From a virus: 64,000 bases of DNA. The position numbers were made by a program, and so were the translations under genes. Shown one piece after another: positions 44,901-54,600 of the stretch (within the stretch, counting starts at the first letter, position 1; each line of letters starts with the position of its first letter). The notes under the pieces were generated by a model. That model did not search any database, had not been told where the DNA came from, and was given only the letters and a program-made list of their open reading frames with translations. The stretch lies in the IMG/VR virus record IMGVR_UViG_3300050343_000185; one strand, given 5' to 3'.

Positions 44901-47900
44901 GTTAAACCAGCAGCTGTGATAACACCAGTGATGTTTGTATTATTTTGAACACCGGCAACGTTGTTCTTAACTTCGTGTCCGATTAGAACATCAGAGTTGG
45001 TAGTAAACAACATCTGACTAGAACCAGAATTACACTGTGCTGCTAGTAGAGCAAAGTATCTTCTCTCAGCACCCTTAATGGATTGCATGGCAAGAGCAAA
45101 GTTTTGGTCGCCACGTAAGAAAGTGAATGAGTTTGCAGCACCGCCAGATGCTAGTCTATCTGTTTCAATAACACCGGATGTAATATCGGATGCAGCAATC
45201 TGGTTGGAAGATAGAGATACCCAGTTATTAATATCGAATGAAGATGTATTAACACCTCTGTTAATGTTAATTGTATTTGGAGTAGGTGATGTACTATCGT
45301 TAATAGTATCGGTGTCTTCAATTTTAATATTATTAACAATATTGCCATACAATCTGCTTTCAAGTAAAGCATTACCTTGTGCTTGTACACCAGCTCCAGG
45401 AGGAGCAGCGAATGTTATAGTAGGAGCAGTGGTATATCCAAAACCACCTTTATAACCATTGAAGTCGATGATTGTTACAGTAACTACTGTACCATTGGCA
45501 ATAGTACAAGTTGCGGCAGCTGCGACTGCACCTGCTTCTGGATTGCCACCAGCAAATGTAATTACCGGTGGGGTTACATATCCAGAACCACCGTTGTTGA
45601 CATTAATTTGATATACAACACCCTTTCTGTATTCAGTTGATTGGATACGTCCAGTAGAAATGCTACCGGTAAATACATCACCAATAGTAAATGATAATGC
45701 TGGATCTACAGCAAACCCTAGGAACAAACTAGAATTATCATTGTTTAGAATGAATGATGTGGATGTATCCTGTTGGATCGCAATATCACCAGCAAGTGCT
45801 CCTTCTAGTGAAGTTCTTTCTGCTTGGTTGGCAACAGTGAAGACACTAAATGGTCTAAGTGCTGGGATCTGGTCGATAGAAATTTTACCAGAATCAGTAA
45901 GTTCAACCAGTGCTCTAGGAACAGCATTCGTAGAGTATGGTTTGTTGATGTAAGGTCCAAGGTTGTTAGTGATATAATCTCTAACTGCCTTTTGTGTGGG
46001 TAGTTTAGAGTCGGTCGCAGTTGCGCCACCAAGTGTGTTGGATGCGTCGAAACCAGTAACAACAACGTCGCCACCTTTCAGTTTCAAGAATTCAACTTCA
46101 GAAATTGTAACCGTACCAGTGAAAGTAATATTACCAGTTCTGTTTTCAATTCTAGCAAACGTACCAACTTTAAAGTCGCCAAGTTCGTCAGTACCAGAGA
46201 CATATACACGTCCATACTGTTCGGAAACTTGTTCAAATGCTTCAATCTTAGTACCACCGTTCTCAGGTAGTGCTAAGTAATTAGTTCCCGAACCAGCAAA
46301 TTCCCAAGTGTGGGAAGAAGAGTTAACAATAGATGGTCTGTGTAGATTGATTGTCTTACCTAACAATGAACCAGTAGATACTGCCTGATTAGTTGCATTA
46401 TCGGTTAGATCCATGGCACCACCTGTGCCATCGTCAAATGTTAACTGAGCAGAGAAAGGAGGACCAACTGTAACTGCAGCAACAACATCAACAAAGTATT
46501 CGATGTCTGTATTAGTATTTCTATAACCATCAATTTTAGCAACATAATGCTCTAGTGGTTCTCTTCCTAAACCAGTTACTGTTAGAATAGTTCTACCAGT
46601 AGGAGTAGAAGAAACGTTAGAGATTGTTGCAATATCAAATGTATATGGATCTTCTCTAAATCCAATACCTCTTAGAGCATACTGTCCGAAGTTAGTAGCG
46701 GAGTTGGTGATAGATGCATAACCACCAGATTCACAAAGAACGCCATCAGCACAGAAGATAACAAAGACAGAAACTAACTGAGTATAACCATCGTTTATAA
46801 CTTTATAACCTGTGCCACCAAAAGATACAATCGTGAATGCCGCAGCAACCATCGACTTACCCTGATTAGGGAAGGATGCGGATCCATCTAGTTCAAGACC
46901 AGGGAAAGGACAGTTAGGTTGTTTGACCTTACTACCATCAATTAGAGCACCACCACCACCTAGGAAGGAGATAACAGATGCATTTTGAGTGTATGGTGAT
47001 GCTTCGATGATAGGATTATCATCAAAGTCACCCCGAATTGCCATTCTTACATTATTGGAATCATAGATAAAATTATCAGGATATGTTATTAGCAATGCTG
47101 GATCAAATAATGTTCCAAAAGTTTTAACTGTTGTTCCAGCAGAAATTGTCTCATCTAAAATATCTTCAAACAGATCCATTATTGTATTAATGGAAGTTGC
47201 GACATTCGCACATAGTGGTGTGGAATCCAATAAGATATTCCAATCATCAAACCTAGGAATGGTGGAAGTTACTGTAGTCGGATTGAATATAATGATCGTT
47301 CCGTTTGTTTTTGCACTAACAAATGTATGAGCAATTCCTGCTGCAGTTCCTGCGTCTCCAACGTTCAATCCAATGGCAATCATTGTCGTTCCAGTTACAG
47401 AATTGATTTCGTAACTCTTTCCGTAGTTGGAATCAAATCTGTTTGGACTTGCGTGGTTAGCAGCGCCACCACCCATATCACAGGAGAAAGTGATAGCATC
47501 TTCTGTAAACGCAATTCTGTCTCCTACCTGTGGAATACCACCACCAGAAACAGGGTAAGTGATATTTAAATCACCTGTAGTAGAATTGTAAATGGCACCA
47601 ACTGGTGTTACAGAATCGACTACACCATCAGACCAGTTACGCATTGTTTCCAATGCATATATTTTAACTCTCTGGAAAGCATATATCGTAGAAGGACGCT
47701 GCGCTTCGGCAATACCAGTTAACTGAACACCAGTGAAGTATGATTCAGCAACAGTAACAATTCCATTATTGCCACCAAGTACCAAGTCTTTGATAAGACC
47801 ATCAAGTACAATTCTAATATCTCTACGACATTTTCTTTGGTTGGTATCGCTAAGATTTAATGAAGGAAATTGTGCTTCCGTATCAATAAGTGCTTGATCA

Positions 47901-50900
47901 GCAATAAGATCTTTATTTCTAGAAATTAAATACGCAGCATCTAGATATGTGCCGGACGCATTATTGGTAATGACATCAGACCAAAGGAATGATAAAGTAT
48001 CAATAGCAGATGCTACGTTAGCACAAGCAGGTGTTCCTGCAGTTAATGTAATAATAGTATCATCAAAATATCTTGGTAAAGATGAATGTAGTGGTGTGTA
48101 GATGGGATCCGATGGAGCACCATTTTCGGTTCTCCAGTTCCTCATACAATAAATTGCTAGTTCTCTAGCATATTCAATAGCACGAGCATTTTGAATAATT
48201 TCATCTTCAATGTAAGTAATCTTACCATCTACAATATATTTTTGAGCTGCTTCAATTACATTATGATTAGATCCAAATTCTAAATCTCTAATGATTGCGT
48301 TAATAAAGTGAACAATATCTTCTTTACACTGACTATCACCATCACTGCCAGTAGCACTTGGTGAACTATAAGATGGATAAACTTTTTGACCAGCATCACA
48401 TTCTAGAGTCATTCCCTCTAGTTTGATGTGATCATCTTCATTCAAACCCGCAACAAGACTATCTGTTGTTACAGTTGCAACACCAGTTACAGCGTTACTG
48501 TAAACAAAGTTTAAAACGTTATAAGTAGTACCACCAAACTTTACAGTACCACCAGAAACATATGTGTGAGATTGTTCTGCAAGACCTACAAAAATATCAA
48601 ATGAGTTTCCGCTGATATTATATGCAGAGTAGAAGTATCTTGCAAATTGATCGTTAATTTTACCTACGACTTCATCAGCAATAAAATCTCTATTGTTACG
48701 CAGTAACGTACAGGCGTCTTGGAACCTCCTATCTACAGGAGAACTAATTGGGAATGTGTTTGGGGAGTTAAGTAGCGATAAGGTAATAGATTTTGTTGCT
48801 GTCTTAACAGTTGCAAATTGACCTGGATCAAATTCCGCATCAGTAAGAGCTGGCATTTTTTTAGGAATGACAAATCGTCTGCAACGACCATCAGCATCTT
48901 CTAATACTTTATAAATTCTCTGTCTGCCATTTAACGCAGATAGATCAGGTGAAGAAGTTGGGAGACCTTCAATTAAGATCTCTTGACCTTCTTTAAACTC
49001 ATGTGTATTATTTCTGCCAACCAGAGCATTTGTATAAAATACAATACCACCAAGATCTTCTGCATTCCCAAATTGGGTGCCTTGGAATCCACCAGTTGCA
49101 ATACTGGTATCTCCTTGTAATGAGAAATCTAATCTGGAGATAGGCAAAAGTGATGTGTAATCTTCATCTACAGAAACAACTTCTCCCTCAGCACGAATTG
49201 ATTTGAGAGCTGTAGTATTTAATGTTTCTACCTGAGCATTTCCGGTAAATACTTCAATAGACGCAGTTTGAATTGCGGTCCATCCAGTAGATCCAAGAAC
49301 AGGTAAGTAACTAACTTCCCATGAAGTTGGATTGTTGATATCATTTGGTTCAATTTGAGTTACTTCGTAGTAACCAGCAGAAGGAGTAAATATTGCATTA
49401 CCATCATCACTTAAATATACGTATGTTCCAGCTGGGGTTATAGAAGTTGGATCAGTGCTAAATGTAATTTTGTTTGCAGAAGTTGTTCCGGTAGACGTTA
49501 ATGCTAAGGGACTTCCTACGCTATAACTAATAGAAGTTACAAAATTAAATTGTTCTCCCTCAACAAAAGAACCACTATCTAGTGTAATATCAAGAGTACC
49601 ACTAATGTATGCACTAGGACCAGTAATATCATCAAATACAACTTTTTGTATATTTGCTCTGGAACCAGTGTTAACACCAATTACGCTCAATCCAGTAATT
49701 AAAGTAGATAGACCAGTGTTATTTTGGAATGTAACTCTGAACTGTTGTGGTCCAAAAATTTGATGACCGATTGGGAAACTAGTACCAAAATCTCCATTGA
49801 CATCAGCATCAATTAAGATACGCTGTTTATCGTCAAAGACCATTGCGAAATCCCAAGTCGCAACTGCATCGCCATTGGAATCAATCTTATCTCTGTAAGT
49901 GACACCAGTAACGTAGTTTTTATCACCAAACTTGAAGATATGCTTGCCGGGGTTGGCAGGTCTGATAATTACGAGACGAAGGTTATCGCCAACAACTGAT
50001 GCGTCAGGTGGCAGTGAAATTGGGTTATCTTCTACGTAGTCACCACCAGAAACAATAAGGGTCTCCTTAACACCAGGAGTCGCCCATGCAAGTTGTGCTG
50101 CTTTCTTGATAGAACGAACTGGGTTTACGGCAGAACGACCATCGTTTAAGTCAGAACCAATAGTTTGTGAAACGTAAATACGACCACCAACGTCATTCGT
50201 TGCTAGGTTGAGGACGTATTCTGTAGTAGCAATCTTGTCTGATCTATCTCCTAGTAAAGGAGTAATAGAACGAGGGAATACCCCAGATGCACCAGTTTCT
50301 GAATATCCAAAATCATTTTCGTCAACTACACGAAAACCAATATGTTTGAAATTAACTTCACCATTTAGTGCTTCGCCATCCGTATGAACAGGTGCGCTAG
50401 ATCCAGTTTGTCCTGAGTTTAATGCTTGATATACGTTCTGTCCAAAGTACCTGTACGCATTTTCCTGTAGAATAATATTCGAGGACCATAAAGTACCCGA
50501 ATTATTAATATAAGTTTTTAGAGAGGGTGCTCTAAATGCTGCGTTTGGAGTAACGAAGTTGTCGATATCCAAGTTGAGGATTCTCGCCGTATCGGAAATG
50601 ATAGACGTAGAGGTTCTAATAGCACCGTTGATGTCAAGTTCAAAATCAACAGTATCAAGTAATGCCTCAGCAGAAGCACCAACACCGCCACCAGCTTGAA
50701 TGGTAACTGTAGGAGCTTGAGTATATCCACTGCCGGGATCATTGACAGCAATAGATACAACCTGACCATTAAAGATAAATGCAGAACCCTGTGCTTGGAC
50801 TCCACCCCCACCAATAGGTGCCGATATTGTTATAATTGGTGGCGAAATATATCCAGAACCACCAGTTAAAATTTTAACATCATTAACTCTCTGCCCCGTT

Positions 50901-51067
50901 CTATTAATACCAACACGGGGTAAACCCGTATTAGCATCTAACTGCGTCCTTAGAATTTCTTTTTCTAATGAACCTGTACCGCCTCTAACAGTAAGTTCAT
51001 TATCACCGACCAGCTTAGGTTTGGAACCCTGAAACTTTTCCTTATCGGAATTAATATGAATTGACAT
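41984..51067 (-). CDS. Giant tail fibre protein (3027 aa)
   Basis: GSGY beta repeats, GNDLNDG-like RIYVS...DLNDG...SIKKA, helical N.dFIAdE repeats, SGLDAD(L/R)LD motifs, and a C-terminal SAGPITI...WAIV docking motif. Confidence 0.85.
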   Translation of the reverse strand: MSIHINSDKEKFQGSKPKLVGDNELTVRGGTGSLEKEILRTQLDANTGLPRVGINRTGQRVNDVKILTGGSGYISPPIITISAPIGGGGVQAQGSAFIFNGQVVSIAVNDPGSGYTQAPTVTIQAGGGVGASAEALLDTVDFELDINGAIRTSTSIISDTARILNLDIDNFVTPNAAFRAPSLKTYINNSGTLWSSNIILQENAYRYFGQNVYQALNSGQTGSSAPVHTDGEALNGEVNFKHIGFRVVDENDFGYSETGASGVFPRSITPLLGDRSDKIATTEYVLNLATNDVGGRIYVSQTIGSDLNDGRSAVNPVRSIKKAAQLAWATPGVKETLIVSGGDYVEDNPISLPPDASVVGDNLRLVIIRPANPGKHIFKFGDKNYVTGVTYRDKIDSNGDAVATWDFAMVFDDKQRILIDADVNGDFGTSFPIGHQIFGPQQFRVTFQNNTGLSTLITGLSVIGVNTGSRANIQKVVFDDITGPSAYISGTLDITLDSGSFVEGEQFNFVTSISYSVGSPLALTSTGTTSANKITFSTDPTSITPAGTYVYLSDDGNAIFTPSAGYYEVTQIEPNDINNPTSWEVSYLPVLGSTGWTAIQTASIEVFTGNAQVETLNTTALKSIRAEGEVVSVDEDYTSLLPISRLDFSLQGDTSIATGGFQGTQFGNAEDLGGIVFYTNALVGRNNTHEFKEGQEILIEGLPTSSPDLSALNGRQRIYKVLEDADGRCRRFVIPKKMPALTDAEFDPGQFATVKTATKSITLSLLNSPNTFPISSPVDRRFQDACTLLRNNRDFIADEVVGKINDQFARYFYSAYNISGNSFDIFVGLAEQSHTYVSGGTVKFGGTTYNVLNFVYSNAVTGVATVTTDSLVAGLNEDDHIKLEGMTLECDAGQKVYPSYSSPSATGSDGDSQCKEDIVHFINAIIRDLEFGSNHNVIEAAQKYIVDGKITYIEDEIIQNARAIEYARELAIYCMRNWRTENGAPSDPIYTPLHSSLPRYFDDTIITLTAGTPACANVASAIDTLSFLWSDVITNNASGTYLDAAYLISRNKDLIADQALIDTEAQFPSLNLSDTNQRKCRRDIRIVLDGLIKDLVLGGNNGIVTVAESYFTGVQLTGIAEAQRPSTIYAFQRVKIYALETMRNWSDGVVDSVTPVGAIYNSTTGDLNITYPVSGGGIPQVGDRIAFTEDAITFSCDMGGGAANHASPNRFDSNYGKSYEINSVTGTTMIAIGLNVGDAGTAAGIAHTFVSAKTNGTIIIFNPTTVTSTIPRFDDWNILLDSTPLCANVATSINTIMDLFEDILDETISAGTTVKTFGTLFDPALLITYPDNFIYDSNNVRMAIRGDFDDNPIIEASPYTQNASVISFLGGGGALIDGSKVKQPNCPFPGLELDGSASFPNQGKSMVAAAFTIVSFGGTGYKVINDGYTQLVSVFVIFCADGVLCESGGYASITNSATNFGQYALRGIGFREDPYTFDIATISNVSSTPTGRTILTVTGLGREPLEHYVAKIDGYRNTNTDIEYFVDVVAAVTVGPPFSAQLTFDDGTGGAMDLTDNATNQAVSTGSLLGKTINLHRPSIVNSSSHTWEFAGSGTNYLALPENGGTKIEAFEQVSEQYGRVYVSGTDELGDFKVGTFARIENRTGNITFTGTVTISEVEFLKLKGGDVVVTGFDASNTLGGATATDSKLPTQKAVRDYITNNLGPYINKPYSTNAVPRALVELTDSGKISIDQIPALRPFSVFTVANQAERTSLEGALAGDIAIQQDTSTSFILNNDNSSLFLGFAVDPALSFTIGDVFTGSISTGRIQSTEYRKGVVYQINVNNGGSGYVTPPVITFAGGNPEAGAVAAAATCTIANGTVVTVTIIDFNGYKGGFGYTTAPTITFAAPPGAGVQAQGNALLESRLYGNIVNNIKIEDTDTINDSTSPTPNTININRGVNTSSFDINNWVSLSSNQIAASDITSGVIETDRLASGGAANSFTFLRGDQNFALAMQSIKGAERRYFALLAAQCNSGSSQMLFTTNSDVLIGHEVKNNVAGVQNNTNITGVITAAGLTTVALNNPVTQNIPINTIIEFERGESPMTFESTYTLGGFVDAVIVANGGSGYTNGQYFDVELQGGTGTGLKANIVVSGNAVTDLTVTDGGSGYNADYAITVSPTEIGAGSNLVLNAKVSTVNRQYANVAIDITRVSDLTISADLYGTIGVSRYKKAQFNIGQAGNGSVELKTGPDSGLDADLLDGQQGNYYTNASNLFSGTIPSDRLNGTYNIDVSGSSNNTIRLQTGTNNPTSNPDPNSFVEGAISNTVFNSSNGLGSAYPSVNTGIGSGTSTKHLVLTLRNGASGFDASFGGVRQLAFANDDNMYLRGSGNGVTTWNSWARVWSSLNDGVDSGLDADRLDNRQGTWYQDALNINYGTLSENRLPRFISETKFRDKITIKSFSGDPKYRIYVSGQILNTAPFIPGDPTNPSINLYNANAQGVGSFVLDNVITNDDLTDNFNDYTILIGRLTSGNFVGALTIGTASNRVEFDDFTIEDGNTVEVANFQSNGGVAELQLGRKDGITSSPSIIFNSSQLSANFNAKIEASGGNATDGSGALNVSVVNANAFTINNQVIWNAGNILFSSSNVPNYAVQRDASGNFSAGTITADVTGASSLNVLKTGDTMTGPLVLTGSGSNLTVSGTTNLNSFVNVADDFNVDSGVLFVDVSANEVGVNTTNPVANLDVVGDLGIFVRTSTDSVGAQIRFSDLGSAAQNGKIEYYHSDSNTPNSQYNEAFFIEGTETKLALQVTGDILATRRMGVGLTREPNFTFEVAGNGCFNDGLTIDQANDNSGAPISFRGASSYRNFRVGNQLVGNHLFTIQASTDNGGTTWNGTPAISIKGDVNAVSINTTSTSGVDPESNTTRNYKLNVQGDMNINGQFFQNNAEFVTSRWTEATNNLDIYRISKVGVNKADPVYELDVSGDIQVANGTLYSNGVKQWIDSYGIFKSNSNTVAEDVIIPANINCVSAGPITIATGYTVTINSGGNWAIV

Positions 51068-51107
51068 GTCGCAGTCTAACTCCCAGAACCTGTATTATCC
51101 TCAGTTG

Positions 51108-51114
51108 TATTTAG
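51108..51114 (-). promoter_or_regulatory. Late promoter CTAAATA
   Basis: 40 nt upstream of the 3027-aa fibre start. Confidence 0.65.
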
Positions 51115-51119
51115 CATTC

Positions 51120-51620
51120 TCATGCCCACTCAAGTGTTGTAACTTGAGTTGATACTGCCCATTTAATAGTAGATGTTGTGCCTGCTCTAATAGTAGTATA
51201 AGAAAATCTATTAGTTGCTCCCACTGGAGTAATTGACCAAGTTTGACCCGCAGGAATATCATCTTTGATGATTGTTTCCATAGTTGACATTACAGTAACT
51301 GAACCTACTCCGTCGCAATACACCGCAGATTCTAATTTACTTGTGAAGATAACACCAGAAGCATTTACTGCAATAATATGTCCAGTAATAAAATTCATGG
51401 TGCTATTAGCAATAGGAATTTGTGCTCCTACGCCATCTAATTCTAGAGATGCTGTGTTGATACCTCTTAAAATATATGTGGTAGTATTACTATCTGCATA
51501 GTTAGAGTTTTTAATTTCTAAAGTATTCAGATCTTTACCATTTCGACTTTCATCGACAATCACAGTTTTTCCGATAGAAAAACCACCTGCGGAATCAAAT
51601 TTTTCGATTGTAGTTGCCAT
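51120..51620 (-). CDS. Virion structural protein (166 aa)
   Basis: EKFDSAGGFSI N-terminus; between large tail genes. Confidence 0.65.
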   Translation of the reverse strand: MATTIEKFDSAGGFSIGKTVIVDESRNGKDLNTLEIKNSNYADSNTTTYILRGINTASLELDGVGAQIPIANSTMNFITGHIIAVNASGVIFTSKLESAVYCDGVGSVTVMSTMETIIKDDIPAGQTWSITPVGATNRFSYTTIRAGTTSTIKWAVSTQVTTLEWA

Positions 51621-51621
51621 T

Positions 51622-54600
51622 TTAGTTCTTGGTAATTGTGGATGAGAAAGTAATAACTACGGTATTTGTAGTAGGAACATCAGCTCCTAATGTAATATTT
51701 AACCTTGCTTCATTTCCAGAAGTAAATTCAAACTCTGGAACAATCAATTGGTATCCAGTTCTTAAGTTTCCATACTCTGTATGGAATATATCTGTACCAT
51801 CATCTGTTACACCAAATTCAATAAATTCTTTAGAACCATCTGCTTGATTTTCTGCCACTACAACTACCTTTGCTCCTTTAGCAACAGTTGTATCATATAT
51901 GTTGGAACCACCATTATTCGCAGAACCTTTAATCAAAGTTACTTTCTCAGATGAAATTTTAATATCTGCAAGTTCAAATTCTTTAAGATCTCCATCAAAG
52001 ACCTTAACTCCATTATAGTTACCAGTGCCAAAACCAGTGTTTAGATATACATCACCTTGATCATCCAATCTAAGAATAGGATCTACATAGATGCCTGTGG
52101 AAACACCAAGATCAAAATATGGTTTTGAAGTATGTAGGAATGTCCTAGTTGTATCAGTATTATCAAATGTAGTTTCTGCATTATTAAATGTCATTAAGTT
52201 TGCAGTAATCTCAAACTGATTGCTTGATTGCGATCTGATTGTATCTACGGTATAGAAATCAAGTGCTGACGTGGTGAGTTGTAATGAGTTGTTTCCATCA
52301 TTGTAGAAGTATAAAATATTTTCATTAGCACCAGGAACGGTTTCCGGAATAATATAAGTGTTTTGATCAACGTCTTTGACACCACCAAGAGAACCCCAGT
52401 TGGTTCCATCATAACCTTCATATGTTAGATTGGTTGTATTGTATCTAATAGAACCTTGCTCTGCTGTTCCTCTTTCGCCAGTAGATCCATTTGGAATTAC
52501 AAGAGATGTTGCTGCATCAATAATAACTTTTTTGCCAGAGTTAGGTCTTAGAAGTAGATCACTAACATCAGTTGATACTACATTATCTGCTAATCTTAAA
52601 TCGCCATTAATACTTAATGGCAAATCACCTAGAGGTCCAATTCTCAGTTCTTCAATATCCTCAAATGTTAGAGGAGCAACTGCGATTTGAGAGTATTCTA
52701 GTTGTGCAGAACCATTAGGTAGAGTGCCACTTGTATGTGTTGGTTCACTACCACTTGTAGCAGTAGTACCAGCTCCACCACTAGGAACAAGATAAAGGTT
52801 ATTCTTATACTTGAGATATTGCCCTTCCGTTACAGGAACGTTTGCTGCCCACTCTGTATATGCAGGAGCAGTCACGTTCACAGAACGCATCTTCTTCATG
52901 TTGACAAATTCAAGATGATTTGGAGTGAACCTAACCGTATTAATATTGTCGTTAATAAACCATAAAGTATTGTCGTTATTACCTACACTCTCTTCCGCTA
53001 AGATAAATGTATTTCCATCTAGATCTCTAACACCACCTAATGACGCCCATGAAGAAGTTTGTGAACTATAACCTTCGTATTGATTTGTGTCTGTGTTAAA
53101 TCTAATACAACCATCTTTTACGATACCAGCAACAGGTCTTTCTGATGTATTACCAGATGGAACAGCAATAGCAGTATTAGTTAAAACATCCGCAATTCTA
53201 CCTGTATCAGGAACAAACTTAACATCAAATCCACCAAGTGATCTGAACGAATTATCAACATTTTCAATTTTTAAGTAATCACCAATTCTTACTTCACTAC
53301 CCTTGAGGATATTAGTAACAGTAAGATCACCTGTTGTTGCCGCAAACTGAACCTTAGAACCTACGTTTAATGTAGCAGCAGTAACATTAACAATTCCAGT
53401 TAGAGGATCATCTACAGCAATGTCGATATTTCCTGCTGCAGGACCAGAGAAATTACCACATGTAATTGCTGTAGATGTTAGTAATGTACTAATAGTCGCA
53501 TTAGCAATCACAGCTTCAGTCGCTTCTGCTAATGGTGTTGTAAGTTTTTGAACTTCAAAGAAACCATCTTGTACAGTTCCTTTTACAACTTCCTCTACAA
53601 TAACATCAGTTACAGATAATGAGAATCCACTACCAAATGTCTTAGGATTATTTGTGCTAACTGTAATTTGTGCTTCATCGTTATCATCGCCACCTTCGTT
53701 TTGGTGATCAATATTTTCTGTAGAACAGAAATAATAAAGAGTAGGTGTTGTATCTGAAACTTTAATTGTTACATTTGTACCATCAACAGTAACACCATCC
53801 GTATATTGTGCACCAAAGATATTGATAACAACTTCACCTGGTGTAGTTGGATTTGAACTCAGTGTCAATTGAGTCGCACTATCTACAGATACAACAGTTG
53901 TATTATCTCCAAGAATACCATCTCCAGATACTTTTTGTACAACCATACCAGCAGTAATTCCACTGGTTGAAGTGATGGTAATAATTTTACTAGTAGTTTC
54001 TAAAGTAGTACTAAGGTTTTCTCTCCTACTAGGTGCCCAAATACCATCCCTAAATGTAGACAGAGCAAAATCATGACCGCCATTTGTTCCATCGCTAAGA
54101 TCAAATACGTAACTGTTACCAGAATATACAGTCCAAGATGGAGTCATTGTTGCTCCATTACCATCATTTAAATCAACAAAGTAACGATACTCTGTTTCGG
54201 CAGTATCAGTCTCATATCCTACTGTTGGAGCACTTGCATTTACAAGAATGTCTCCTGCAGAAAAACCAAATCTATCTACTACAATGTAATCAATGTTACC
54301 AGCAGCAGTTGCCACTTTACGAACAACTACAGGATCACCAGCAGCATTGACAGAGTTAACTGTGATTGTCAGGTTATCGGCAGGTGTATTACCACCAATA
54401 GATGCGCCAGGAATTGTGATAGTATCATTATCTGCGTAGAAAGATCCTTCAGATCCTGTAGTAATTACGGCGGACAGAATAGCACCAGTGTTGTCTCTTT
54501 GTATATCAAAGGTAGCACCAACGCCATTTCCAGATGTTGCACTCTGTACTACCCCACTGTATACACCATCATTAGCAGCTGCTACAACCGTAGAAACTGT

